Shown in pieces: positions 40,206 through 50,681 of a stretch of 64,000 bases of DNA. Position numbers and translations under genes: made by a program. Positions within the stretch are counted from its first letter, which is position 1. Each line of letters starts with the position of its first letter. Origin of the DNA: a virus; IMG/VR virus record IMGVR_UViG_3300017917_005124, positions 1 through 64,000 of that record; one strand, written 5' to 3'. The notes under the pieces were generated by a model. It had not been told where the DNA came from. It saw nothing but the letters and a program-made list of their open reading frames with translations, and made no database searches.

Positions 40206-40511
40206 ATGCCTTATAACTTTTATAATCTACTAAAGACTGATGACTATCTTAAGGATATGCCAGTAATTTCTATAAAAAAAAGAACTACTGATAAATCAGT
40301 GTTATATAATAAGCAAATAAATAGATTAGATACAATTGCTGGTAATATTTATAAGGATGAAACGCTTTGGAGATTAATACTATGGGCTAATCAGGAATAT
40401 TTTTTAGAATTCGACATTCCAGATAATACAGTAATAAGGGTTCCATATCCATTACAAGATGTTATGAATGAGGTTCAAACAAAAATAATATCTAAATCAG
40501 ATAGAGCATAA
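40206..40511 (+). CDS. Baseplate wedge protein (gp53/LysM-like)
   Basis: RLDTIAGNIYKDETLWRLILWAN...IPDNTVIRVP. Confidence 0.75.
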   Translation: MPYNFYNLLKTDDYLKDMPVISIKKRTTDKSVLYNKQINRLDTIAGNIYKDETLWRLILWANQEYFLEFDIPDNTVIRVPYPLQDVMNEVQTKIISKSDRA

Positions 40512-43500
40512 TGGGAAGAGAATATCCGCAACCTTTTAGTATGAAAGATTTGTTCATTGATGTAAAGCTTGAGGCTTATGTCAAGGGAACTACTTTTGAT
40601 TTTCTTGGTAGAAAGTTGTTTAGTACTCAATTCTTGAGAGAAGGAATTGGATTTGGTATAACAAATATTGAAATTGAGGTAAATACATCGCTACAGCCTA
40701 TTGTTACAGTTACTATGAAAGATATGTATGGTTTAACTGTGTTTGGAGGTCAAAGTAGAAATGATGATTACGACAATCAATCTTATGACTATAGTGTTTT
40801 GTTTGATTGGCCTCCTCCTAAGTTTTTGTTCTCATTTAAAGGATATTTGGGAAAACCAGTTAGTTGGCTTTTAAATCTAAAGAGGACAACAACAAACTTT
40901 AACTCAAGTGATGGTAGTTATGAAATTAAGTGTGAATTTGTGCCAAATCAGTGGGGTTTCTTTGCGGATTTGCCAATGCTTTTTTTATTGGCAGCAAAGG
41001 CAATGAGGAGAGATAGAGTTGGAAATTCACCTGCAAATCCAGCATATGTAACAAGTGTGTTTGATTTAATTAAAATAGGTAAACAAGTAGAGGTAAAAAC
41101 GAAAGATACTACCAAGGAGTTTGATGAATTAATTAAACAACTGGGGTCATTAAAATCAAATATAGCTGGAACTCTAGTTAGTTCTAAGGTTGTGGGTTTT
41201 GGTGATGAAATAACAGGAGTTGTTAATAATATTCCAATTAAGGGTTTTAAAAAAATAACTATACCAAAACTTGAAGACTTTGATAGTTCAGTTAATACTG
41301 AAGAGAAAGTGAATCTTAAGATATCAGACCCAACTTCTTTATCGAAGGTAAACACCTATATGCTTCTTCACTTGAAGATTGATGGTAAATATTATCATAA
41401 TTTTTCTATTCCTAGTTATAGTAGTCTCCAGCCTAATGAATCAAATACATCAATTGCTAAAAATCAAACAATAGAAGGTATTAATAAAAATATAAGGCTT
41501 ATTGAAGATGAAATAAAAAGAAGAGTATATAATTCTTCAAAAAGCAAGTTAAAAAAAATAACTATTGGAGAGATTTTCTCTCAACTTGCTAAGGATGCTG
41601 CTTTTATTATTGGAAATATAATAGAATCTGGATTAAAGGGTTATAATAATAATGTTGACTCAAGAAGTCAAAATGAAAAAAATTTAATAGGTCAATCATT
41701 TCCGCTAATGATAAAAGATAATGGAGAAGAAGTTCCAGCTACTACTGAGAACTTTGGAGACGACCTTGGAGTGGATAAATATGAAATGGATTTTGTTAGA
41801 AAATTCATAAATGCTATTAGTGAGGGGATTGCAAAGGATTTGATTGATGATAATGATTCTAATCTGTCTGATGATAGTACTTTAAAGAATAGGATTAATA
41901 ATATGGAAATAATTAAAGGCAATCCATATAAGCCATTCTATAGAGATATAGCAACAAATATTTTAGTCAGAGGAGGTATAGCTGGTTTTGTAACTAGAAG
42001 TAATGACCCTAATAAGCCAGGTGATTATGCTAATGATTTTGTTGACTTTTATTTTGATAGAGAAGGTGCTGATGATTTAATTGCACTAGCTGAGTTAGAT
42101 TCTAAAAATATAACTGATGGTATATTATCTCAAATGTCGGATGTTGATATACTTTCTTTGAAAAGATTTTGTAAGTTTTTCGGTAGGTTTTATCAAGAAA
42201 ATGGAGAATATTTAATTGAAAGAGATAAAGATGGAAATACTTCTAAGGGAGCTGAGATAACAAGTGCTGACCAAGCCTCGACATATAAAGTAATAATGGA
42301 GGATTCTCCTGAAGTGACTTTAACGTTTGAGCAATTGTTTAAAGAGTTAAAAAAGGGTAATATAGACTTTAGCTCAAATAAAACAGGTGGATTGGTTTTA
42401 CCTGCAGAAGAGTTGGAAGAGGATTCTGAGTTTTCCACATCTCAAGTACCTAGTTCAATAGACCCTATTCAATTTATTGATGATGAAGAATATACAGCAA
42501 AAAAAATAATAAATAACGGAATAGCATATACAAAACCTTTAAATAATAGTGATAGATATTGGTATGTAGTTTTTGAGGGAAATGATAACGTTAAGGCGCA
42601 AGAAGCAAACTCATCTCCATCGGATTCTGAAAGCAAAGGTTCAGAAAGGGATGAGAGTCAAGATGAGCCAGTGGGATATTTGCCAATAAACGCAGTAAAA
42701 GATTCTGAACAAAAAGAGTTAGGGTATTATAAACTTTTTAATGATAGACAGAGTCAGTTTTTACTTGTATCTTATGATAAATTAAAAAACCCAGAATCTT
42801 CTTTTTATGATAAAGATGAAAGTTCTGGATTTCAAAATTATTTATTTACAAAAAAAATATATGAAAGTAAGGAAGAAGCTATTTATGAAGGTAAAAAACC
42901 TGGTGAATACGCTATTGCTGGAGAAATAGGTATGACTGTTTTTTCTAATTTTGATGGTGATACATTTGGGGAAGATGGTCTTGTTTTCGACATGTTTTCA
43001 AATACAAGACAAAGTATAAGTCAAAGAGTTTTTATTAAGCATATTTGTAAATTAATATTGCAAAATATAAATAAACTTGAAGAAGAGAGAAATCAGGTTA
43101 TAGGCTCAGTTTTAGGTAAAGCAGCAGAACAGGAAGTTGCATTATATAAGCAAATGCATACTTTGTTTCATCAGTGGGAAGTTTTGTCATACGCATCAAA
43201 TAAAAAAAGTGATTCACAAAAAGTTGACGGATTAATTGATGAATTAGAAGAAAAATATGGAGGTTCACATAATGATATAACTTCATCTGAGGATGTAAAT
43301 GGATTGCCAGATGGTGCCTTTGTATATGAATTTCCTCTTCAGAGGATAAATGGAGTTAAAGGAGGTAAGCCTATACAGGTTAGAAATTCTTTAATAAATC
43401 TTGAGCCATTATATAAATTAAATGGAGACACTTCTGTTTTAAATATAATACAACAAATTTGCACGAAGAATAATTTCTTATTTATTCCAATACCTGGAAA

Positions 43501-44884
43501 TGCATCTTATATGAATGTGTCAGATTTATATTCTCCAAGTCAAATGCACGCTAGTATAGATGTTAGAAATTTCTTTCATGTATTATTTACTCCAACACCA
43601 GAATCTAGAGCTAAGACTAAAAATAATGGAGCACCTTTAGCGTTAAGTGAGAATCATAAAAATTATGATACAAATTCTTTTGCTATAAAATATGGACATC
43701 CAGACAATCAAATTGTAAGTAATATACAAGTTGGCACTGATGATAACAAAGTTACTGCAGAGAGTATTGTAAATTTGCAAAGATTAGCGGATAATGAAAA
43801 TCAAAATAAAGTTGTAACTACTGATTGTTCCACATTACCAGTTCTTGAAGGTCGTTCATATAAAGCTACTATTGATATGATTGGTAATGCTCAAGTGTAT
43901 CCTATGCAATTCTTTTTTCTTGAGAATTCACCTTTATTTGGAGGTCTTTATCAGGTTATGGATGTAAAGCATTCAATTACGCCTAATGATATGAAAACAT
44001 CAGTTGGAGGTATGAGAATGAGATTTGTTGATAGTGGCTATGGTTCAATAAAACCAGTCACACTTGAGACTTTAGAAGGTTTAGGTAAATTAGAAGAACC
44101 TGTTGCGTTTTCTAAGGATGAAAAAGAGAAAATTAGAGAGATTAACGACTCAACATCAACAACAGGTTTTATGAATAATAAATCTACAAAATTATCAAAA
44201 TCAGCAGCAAAAATAATAAAAAAATCATCAACAGAAGAAGATGCAACTGAGGCTATAATTAAATTTTTAGAAGGAGGATACTTCCATCCAGCTCATGCTT
44301 GGGATTCTAAAAAAAATAAAATTAAAAGAGGATATACTATTATGCGCAATAGTAGTGAAACTCTTTTTGGTATAGATAGAAAAAAAGGTGAGTGGATTAA
44401 ATCTTCAAAAGGAAGGGCTTTTTGGGAAAAAATAGATACTATATCTGGTTATGGCTCTTATTCAGATACAAATTGGTTAAAAACAACTAGACAATGGGAT
44501 ATTAAAAATAAACCATTAAAAAACAGCGCTTGGGGTTATAACCACTTTCCAGATAAATCAGAAATATCTTCTCTATTAACAGAAGCTAAAAATATGATAA
44601 AAGAAAGATTTGATAAATATATTAAATTAAACTTTTCAAATCATCCTTTAAAAAAAATAATTTTAGAAGATGGTAGGCTTATTTTTATGTTCTATAGGGC
44701 TACGTGGAATGGGAGTGGGTTTTTTGCTAAATACGCATCAAATATCAAGAGAGTATATGATAGTGGAGAAAGAAATGTTGATAAATTAATAGAAGCTGAT
44801 TTAGATTATAGATATAAGACTAAAAAGGGGGAATTTAAGCAAGGTGTTATTGATATGAAGTATATGATAGATTATAATCCTTGA
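40511..44884 (+). CDS. Baseplate hub-like protein with putative C-terminal GH108-like lysozyme
   Basis: Hub-like SYKATIDMIGNAQVYPMQFF...GLYQVMDVKHSITP; C-terminal FLEGGY...ETLFGIDR. Confidence 0.55.
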   Translation: MGREYPQPFSMKDLFIDVKLEAYVKGTTFDFLGRKLFSTQFLREGIGFGITNIEIEVNTSLQPIVTVTMKDMYGLTVFGGQSRNDDYDNQSYDYSVLFDWPPPKFLFSFKGYLGKPVSWLLNLKRTTTNFNSSDGSYEIKCEFVPNQWGFFADLPMLFLLAAKAMRRDRVGNSPANPAYVTSVFDLIKIGKQVEVKTKDTTKEFDELIKQLGSLKSNIAGTLVSSKVVGFGDEITGVVNNIPIKGFKKITIPKLEDFDSSVNTEEKVNLKISDPTSLSKVNTYMLLHLKIDGKYYHNFSIPSYSSLQPNESNTSIAKNQTIEGINKNIRLIEDEIKRRVYNSSKSKLKKITIGEIFSQLAKDAAFIIGNIIESGLKGYNNNVDSRSQNEKNLIGQSFPLMIKDNGEEVPATTENFGDDLGVDKYEMDFVRKFINAISEGIAKDLIDDNDSNLSDDSTLKNRINNMEIIKGNPYKPFYRDIATNILVRGGIAGFVTRSNDPNKPGDYANDFVDFYFDREGADDLIALAELDSKNITDGILSQMSDVDILSLKRFCKFFGRFYQENGEYLIERDKDGNTSKGAEITSADQASTYKVIMEDSPEVTLTFEQLFKELKKGNIDFSSNKTGGLVLPAEELEEDSEFSTSQVPSSIDPIQFIDDEEYTAKKIINNGIAYTKPLNNSDRYWYVVFEGNDNVKAQEANSSPSDSESKGSERDESQDEPVGYLPINAVKDSEQKELGYYKLFNDRQSQFLLVSYDKLKNPESSFYDKDESSGFQNYLFTKKIYESKEEAIYEGKKPGEYAIAGEIGMTVFSNFDGDTFGEDGLVFDMFSNTRQSISQRVFIKHICKLILQNINKLEEERNQVIGSVLGKAAEQEVALYKQMHTLFHQWEVLSYASNKKSDSQKVDGLIDELEEKYGGSHNDITSSEDVNGLPDGAFVYEFPLQRINGVKGGKPIQVRNSLINLEPLYKLNGDTSVLNIIQQICTKNNFLFIPIPGNASYMNVSDLYSPSQMHASIDVRNFFHVLFTPTPESRAKTKNNGAPLALSENHKNYDTNSFAIKYGHPDNQIVSNIQVGTDDNKVTAESIVNLQRLADNENQNKVVTTDCSTLPVLEGRSYKATIDMIGNAQVYPMQFFFLENSPLFGGLYQVMDVKHSITPNDMKTSVGGMRMRFVDSGYGSIKPVTLETLEGLGKLEEPVAFSKDEKEKIREINDSTSTTGFMNNKSTKLSKSAAKIIKKSSTEEDATEAIIKFLEGGYFHPAHAWDSKKNKIKRGYTIMRNSSETLFGIDRKKGEWIKSSKGRAFWEKIDTISGYGSYSDTNWLKTTRQWDIKNKPLKNSAWGYNHFPDKSEISSLLTEAKNMIKERFDKYIKLNFSNHPLKKIILEDGRLIFMFYRATWNGSGFFAKYASNIKRVYDSGERNVDKLIEADLDYRYKTKKGEFKQGVIDMKYMIDYNP

Positions 44885-44930
44885 TATATTTTAGTAGCTT
44901 AATTAATTTTTTTTATTATATTTGCAATAT

Positions 44931-46553
44931 ATGTTTATAGTTTGCAAAATAATAGTTGATAATAAGGAGTTAGAATCTAATTTAAAAGGTTTTCTAAGAG
45001 GTTATCCAGTTGATATAAGTTGCAACTCATCAATAGATGAACATTTAAATATGCCAATATTATTTGTAGGGTGGGATTTGGTTAAGAGAATATTCCCACT
45101 TCAAAAAATACATGATAATAAGGTTAATGAAAATATTGAATGGACATATAATGAATCTGAGTGTAATGAAATAGATAAAGAAGGGTTTTATAGTAATATA
45201 GAAGAATTTGTTAATAGAAATTTGAAATCTTGGCTCCCATCTAATTTTATATTATACGATTATATAATTCATGGAGAATTAATTAAATTTATAGAAGCAA
45301 ATATAAATAATGAAATAAAGACTTATGTTCATTATAATAATGGTGCTATTTACATGAGAAATGGAGATAATGATTACATTATTAATACCAAGAGTTTGTG
45401 GATGTTTGATGATGACTATAGAAACACAATAACAAATGTTTTAAATAGTACTAATTGTATGGTGTATTCATATAATGGGATTGAGGATTATGTAAATCTT
45501 GACACATTAGGGAATTTAGTTTCATTAGACATTTTAAGATGGATTAAATTTGGAGTAGAGACACCTATAAAGTATTTTCAAATAATACCAAATATTGATA
45601 TAAGTAAATATATACCATTCTTGATGAGTAAGATTGTAATGAATTCTCTTGAATTAAATAATCAAGAGTTGATATATTTCAATAGAATGTGTCAGAGAGA
45701 TAAGATAACTAGGTGGATGTCTAGTAGATATTTATCATTTTCTTATGATTTTAAAAAGAATTTAAACTTTATATTTAGAGAAAATGCTAAGCTAGCAAAA
45801 ATAAACTATTCAAGTAAGAGGACTATAACAGGTAGAATAACATCAATTGATAAGTATAATCCACAGAATCTATCTAAGACTAATGAAGATAGGTCTATGA
45901 TAATTTCTAGATTTACAGGGGGAAAAGTATATCAATTTGATTATACTTCATTTGAAGCAAGGATATCTTTGTATTTGAGTGAAGATGAAGAATTTATAGA
46001 GAATTATTATGATAAAGACCTTCACTTAGAGACTGCTATGTTAATATTCGATGTCTTTGAACCAACAGAAGAGCAGAGGGAAATAGCAAAATTAGTAAAT
46101 CACTCTGTGTTATATGGAGCAGGCGAAGCTACTATACTAAGTAAGCTACAATCTTTACCAAATCCTATTGAAAAAATGATAATTGTTAAAGAGTTTTTAG
46201 CTCCTATATTTAAAAAATCTAAGGAGTTAATGGAATTATCAGAAAAATATGGATATATAATAAATAAATGGGGTTCAATAATAAAGCCAGAAAAATCATA
46301 CGCTGGATTTAATAATTATATACAATCAACAGCTTCTGAAATAATTGTAGATAAAGTTATTGAAATAAAGGAATTATTAATAAACTGCAGAAGTCAATTT
46401 ATGTTTCAAGTGCATGATTCATTAGTTTTTGACATTCATCCAGAAGAAAATTATCTTATTGAAAAAATATATAAAATAATGTCTTATCATAGAAATATGA
46501 TTTTTTCTGTAGATTATAAGTCAGGTTCTAATTTTAAAGACCTACATTATTAG
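44931..46553 (+). CDS. Family A DNA polymerase-like protein without a recognisable exonuclease domain
   Basis: TITGR, motif A FDYTSFEAR, DLH, motif B REIAKLVNHSVLYG, NYIQSTA, motif C QVHDSLVF. Confidence 0.85.
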   Translation: MFIVCKIIVDNKELESNLKGFLRGYPVDISCNSSIDEHLNMPILFVGWDLVKRIFPLQKIHDNKVNENIEWTYNESECNEIDKEGFYSNIEEFVNRNLKSWLPSNFILYDYIIHGELIKFIEANINNEIKTYVHYNNGAIYMRNGDNDYIINTKSLWMFDDDYRNTITNVLNSTNCMVYSYNGIEDYVNLDTLGNLVSLDILRWIKFGVETPIKYFQIIPNIDISKYIPFLMSKIVMNSLELNNQELIYFNRMCQRDKITRWMSSRYLSFSYDFKKNLNFIFRENAKLAKINYSSKRTITGRITSIDKYNPQNLSKTNEDRSMIISRFTGGKVYQFDYTSFEARISLYLSEDEEFIENYYDKDLHLETAMLIFDVFEPTEEQREIAKLVNHSVLYGAGEATILSKLQSLPNPIEKMIIVKEFLAPIFKKSKELMELSEKYGYIINKWGSIIKPEKSYAGFNNYIQSTASEIIVDKVIEIKELLINCRSQFMFQVHDSLVFDIHPEENYLIEKIYKIMSYHRNMIFSVDYKSGSNFKDLHY

Positions 46554-46679
46554 TTAAATAATTTATAATTAAAAAAAATTTTAAAAATTTTCATTTTTTT
46601 TTATTTTTTACTTGATTTTAGAAATCAAATTTCTTATTATTAAATATAATAATTTTAAAAAAAATAAATAAAAACAATT

Positions 46680-47090
46680 ATGGGAAATTTTAAAATGAAA
46701 ATTGAGAAAAAGGTAGGTAAAAGAACTTACGAATTTACTGTAGAGGGTGAGAATCTTCATGAGGCAGTTATGGAATCTAAAAAACTTTCTTTCTATGATG
46801 TTAATAGTTGTGGGTGTTGCGGTAGTCATGATTTAATTCTTGATGCTCATATAGCTAAAAATAAGTTTAAATATACAACTGTTAAGTGTAATAATTGTAG
46901 AGCTTCTGTAAATTTCGGACAACAACAGGAAGATAAAGATATTTTTTATCTAAAAATGAGAGATAAGGTTGGTGGTACTGGAAAAGAGGTGGATTGGAAT
47001 CCAGCTCCAGTTGATGTGAATGCTCCTGCACAACAAGTTGCACAACAACAAGTTAATAATTATGCACAACAAGCACAACAAAGACAATAA
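46680..47090 (+). CDS. Small zinc-binding hypothetical protein
   Basis: CGCC and CNNC motifs; Gln-rich tail. Confidence 0.6.
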   Translation: MGNFKMKIEKKVGKRTYEFTVEGENLHEAVMESKKLSFYDVNSCGCCGSHDLILDAHIAKNKFKYTTVKCNNCRASVNFGQQQEDKDIFYLKMRDKVGGTGKEVDWNPAPVDVNAPAQQVAQQQVNNYAQQAQQRQ

Positions 47091-47115
47091 TTAAAAATCA
47101 TTTAATCTTATAACT

Positions 47116-48234
47116 ATGGCAAAAAAGAAAGTAAATCTACCAGAAGGGTTTGAGGAAGTGGGTGGTAAAATCATTCGCTCCGTATCTGGAGAAGAATATA
47201 TTAAAGAAGGTAGCGATTTAGTATGTACTTCAACAGGAGAGGTTTTTGAAGAATCAAAGGATGATTCCAATATAGAAACTCCTAAAATAAAGAAAAAATT
47301 TACTAAGCTTGGTGATTACAAGGCTAAAATTAACTTTAAGGATGTGAAATATAAACCACAAGAGTGGATTAATATGTCACAGGCCTTTAAAGAGGTGACA
47401 AGACTTCCAGGAATTCCGATTTGTGGAGTGATACAGGCGATAGGTAAGTCTAACTCAGGTAAAACAACATTAGCTTTAGAAGCGGCAGCTAACGCACAAA
47501 AACAAGGCACACTTCCAGTTTTTATTATTACCGAAAATAAATTTAGCTTTGAAAGAGCTGAAGCTATGGGTATTGATTTTGAAGAAGCTATTGTATATAA
47601 TGGTGTTTCTACAATCGAGGAAGGGTGTAATCTAGTTAGAGAAACGATTGAGTCTCAAGAAAAAGGAGAATTACCTTATGATTTATTATTTATCTGGGAT
47701 TCTATCGGAGCAACACCATCTAAGGCTGAGTTGTCTAAAAAAGAAGATGGAGGTTCAGGTGGTGGTATGATGGTTACAGCCAGAGTATTAAGGGAGGAAA
47801 TTACAAGATATATTGGTCCTAAAATAAACTCAACCAGACTAGAAAGTTACCCTTATAATTCAACCCTTATAATTGTTAATCATGCTTATGTGTCTCCTCC
47901 AGCTCATCCAATGGGTCAACCAACTTTAGAGCCATATGGTGGAGATGCTATTTATTTAGCGTCTTCTTTAGTGTTTAGAATGGGTGGGATTAAAACTAGA
48001 CCATCAATGGTAACAGCTGTTAAAGATAAAGTTGAAGTTGCATTTGCCTCAAAAACATCTATTGTTGTTGAAAAAAATCACGTAACAAATATATCCTCTA
48101 AAGGTAAGATACTTTGTACGGACCAAGGTTTTATAATGGATGACAAAAAATCTATTGATAGCTATAAAGATGAGTATAAAACTGGGTGGGACCTGAAATT
48201 TGATAAATATTGGGATTCAGTTAGTGATGAATAA
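47116..48234 (+). CDS. RecA/UvsX-like recombinase
   Basis: GKSNSGKTT, ITENKF, IWDSIG, VNH, PYGG. Confidence 0.85.
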   Translation: MAKKKVNLPEGFEEVGGKIIRSVSGEEYIKEGSDLVCTSTGEVFEESKDDSNIETPKIKKKFTKLGDYKAKINFKDVKYKPQEWINMSQAFKEVTRLPGIPICGVIQAIGKSNSGKTTLALEAAANAQKQGTLPVFIITENKFSFERAEAMGIDFEEAIVYNGVSTIEEGCNLVRETIESQEKGELPYDLLFIWDSIGATPSKAELSKKEDGGSGGGMMVTARVLREEITRYIGPKINSTRLESYPYNSTLIIVNHAYVSPPAHPMGQPTLEPYGGDAIYLASSLVFRMGGIKTRPSMVTAVKDKVEVAFASKTSIVVEKNHVTNISSKGKILCTDQGFIMDDKKSIDSYKDEYKTGWDLKFDKYWDSVSDE

Positions 48235-48240
48235 ATTTTA

Positions 48241-48269
48241 AAACCCACATTTAATGTGGGTTTTTTTTT
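48241..48269 (+). terminator. Intrinsic terminator
   Basis: AAACCCACAT-TTA-ATGTGGG followed by T9. Confidence 0.8.
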
Positions 48270-48341
48270 GTCTCATTAAAATTTTATTTGAATGTTTTGA
48301 TGCTGGAATTATTTTTTTTAAAATATTTATAAATAAAAGTT

Positions 48342-49472
48342 ATGGAAAAAAAATTTAATAGAAATTGTCCTCAATGTAAAAGTGAGCTAATTTATACGAA
48401 TATAAAAAATAGAAATCAAGCTGAAAAGCATCAAAAAAAATGTAAAAAATGCATCAATTCAAAAAATATTGAAAAAAATAGAATTAAAATGCAGTCTAAA
48501 TATTTAATATTTGATGATATAAGAAATAAAGAAATTATTGATATTTTTAATGAAATTGGTAGTAATTGGAAAGTTTTTAGAAAGGAGGTAATTCCTGTTT
48601 TTAATAAATTTAAAAAAGAAACTAAAACAATAATACTTTGTAGAAATTGTCCTGAATGTAATATAGAATTATTTTATTCTGATGAAATAAGTGTTAAAAA
48701 TGCAAATAAAAAAAAATCTTTATGTAAACCTTGCAGCAAAAAAGGAGAAAAAAACTCTTTTTTTGGAAAAAAACATACACAAGAATCTTTAATAAAAAGG
48801 TCTAATTCTTTAGAAACTTCTGATTCTTGGAAAAAATTTATTGAATATAAAAAAAGCGAAGAGTATAGAGGTAATTTGTCAAAATCTATGTCTGGAGAAA
48901 ATAATCCAGCATTTAATAGAGGGAAGTTGATAGATATATGGGCAAAAAAATATGGAATAGAAGAGGCGGAAATAAGACATAAAAATTGGATAGATAAGTT
49001 ATCTAATTCATTTACAGGTGAAAAAAATCATATGTATGGAAAGCCTTCTCCTGTTGGTTCTGGCAATGGCTGGTCTGGTTGGTATAATGGGTGGTACTTC
49101 AGAAGTTTAAGAGAACTTTCTTATATGATTACTGAAATTGAAGATAAAAACTTAAAATGGGAAAATGGGGAATTAAAAAAATATAAAATATCTTATATTG
49201 ATTGGGATGGTAAAAACAGAAATTATTTCCCTGATTTTGTAGTTGAAAATAAATACATGATTGAATGTAAGCCTAATAATTTAATCAATTCAAAGTCAGT
49301 AATCTGCAAAAAAGAAGCGGCAGAAAAATTTTGTAATACTAATAATTTAGAATATATAATTGTGGAGCCAAAAATATTGTCTAAAGAAGAAATAGAGAAT
49401 TTGTATTATTCAGGAAAAATTAAATTTTTACCAAAATATGAAGAAAAGTTTTTAAAGTATATTGAAAAATAG
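48342..49472 (+). CDS. Free-standing homing endonuclease (CxxC ribbons + NUMOD3-like + TnsA-like PD-(D/E)XK)
   Basis: Repeated RNCPxC, GEKNSFFGKKHT, FRSLRE, YFPDFVVENKYMIECKP. Confidence 0.8.
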   Translation: MEKKFNRNCPQCKSELIYTNIKNRNQAEKHQKKCKKCINSKNIEKNRIKMQSKYLIFDDIRNKEIIDIFNEIGSNWKVFRKEVIPVFNKFKKETKTIILCRNCPECNIELFYSDEISVKNANKKKSLCKPCSKKGEKNSFFGKKHTQESLIKRSNSLETSDSWKKFIEYKKSEEYRGNLSKSMSGENNPAFNRGKLIDIWAKKYGIEEAEIRHKNWIDKLSNSFTGEKNHMYGKPSPVGSGNGWSGWYNGWYFRSLRELSYMITEIEDKNLKWENGELKKYKISYIDWDGKNRNYFPDFVVENKYMIECKPNNLINSKSVICKKEAAEKFCNTNNLEYIIVEPKILSKEEIENLYYSGKIKFLPKYEEKFLKYIEK

Positions 49473-49538
49473 TATTTTTGTTGTTAAATAATATAACATC
49501 ATTATTTTTTTTTATAAAATAAAATAAAATAAATTAGA

Positions 49539-50612
49539 ATGAAAACTATAGAAAAAAATAAAACATTTCGAACAATAATTATTGATGGGAATTGGAATCT
49601 TAAGAGGAACTATCTTCCTCCTCACAGAAAGGTTTTAACAGGTAACAATGGAAAACTATGCGGAGGCACATATGGATTCTTGGATAGCACAAAAGCAGTA
49701 ATAAATAAGATAATTCCAGACAGAGTCGTTGTTGCTTGGGATGGTTTTCATGCTGGAAAAATGAGATACAATCTCTATAAGGGATATAAGGCAAAGAGAG
49801 AAAAGGATTGGGAGAGTGAGACTAGAGTTTTAGCTACAGATGGAATAGGTAGTCAGGAAGATAATGAGAAATTTCAATTATTAGTTCAAAAAATAGAGGT
49901 TCAAACATATTTGGAGGAACTTTTTATTAGACAGATGGAAGCTGACTATGTTGAGGCTGATGATTTAATTGCCTATTATATAATGGAGAGTAAAAATCCA
50001 AATGAGCACATCTATATATTTAGTAGAGACCAAGACTTCTATCAGTTAATATCAGAAAAAGTCTCAATTATAAGCCCAGACAGTTTTGAGATAATGACGA
50101 TACATAACTTTAAGGAAAAAATGGGTTTTTGTGTTGATAACGCTCTCTTAGTGAAGTGTATTGAGGGTGATGATAGCGATGAAATTACTGGGATAGGAGG
50201 AGTTAAGAGAGCAACTTTATTAGAGCATTTTCCAGCTTTTGCTGATGAGAAATATACATATAGAAGACTTATTGATGAAGCTTGCGCAATTCAAGATGCA
50301 AGAATTGGTGGAAAGCCAAAGAAAAAAAGACTCTCAAAGCTTGATACTATAATAGAATCAGAAACTATTGTATATAGAAATGCTGTGCTTATGAATCTCA
50401 AAAAGCCATTTTTAAACCAAGAAGCAATAGACCTTGTTAAATCGGTAATTGTTCAACCTCTTGACTCAGATAGAAGTATAGAAACAGCGATGGAAATGTT
50501 TATGAAGGACGGTTTTAATAGATTTATTGGAGATAATTATATTAGTCATTTTTTTGGGCCATTTTATAATTTAAAAGCTAAAGAAAAGGAATATGAAAAT
50601 AGTTTATTTTAA
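49539..50612 (+). CDS. 5'-3' exonuclease / flap endonuclease (T4 RNase H-like)
   Basis: IIDGN, AWDG, YKAKR, EADDLIA, SRDQDFYQL, GDDSDEITGIGGV. Confidence 0.9.
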   Translation: MKTIEKNKTFRTIIIDGNWNLKRNYLPPHRKVLTGNNGKLCGGTYGFLDSTKAVINKIIPDRVVVAWDGFHAGKMRYNLYKGYKAKREKDWESETRVLATDGIGSQEDNEKFQLLVQKIEVQTYLEELFIRQMEADYVEADDLIAYYIMESKNPNEHIYIFSRDQDFYQLISEKVSIISPDSFEIMTIHNFKEKMGFCVDNALLVKCIEGDDSDEITGIGGVKRATLLEHFPAFADEKYTYRRLIDEACAIQDARIGGKPKKKRLSKLDTIIESETIVYRNAVLMNLKKPFLNQEAIDLVKSVIVQPLDSDRSIETAMEMFMKDGFNRFIGDNYISHFFGPFYNLKAKEKEYENSLF

Positions 50613-50681
50613 AAAAAAATAAAAAAAAATTTTTCTTATTTAAGTTTTAATTTTACATTTGCACTATAACTAAAAATAAAC

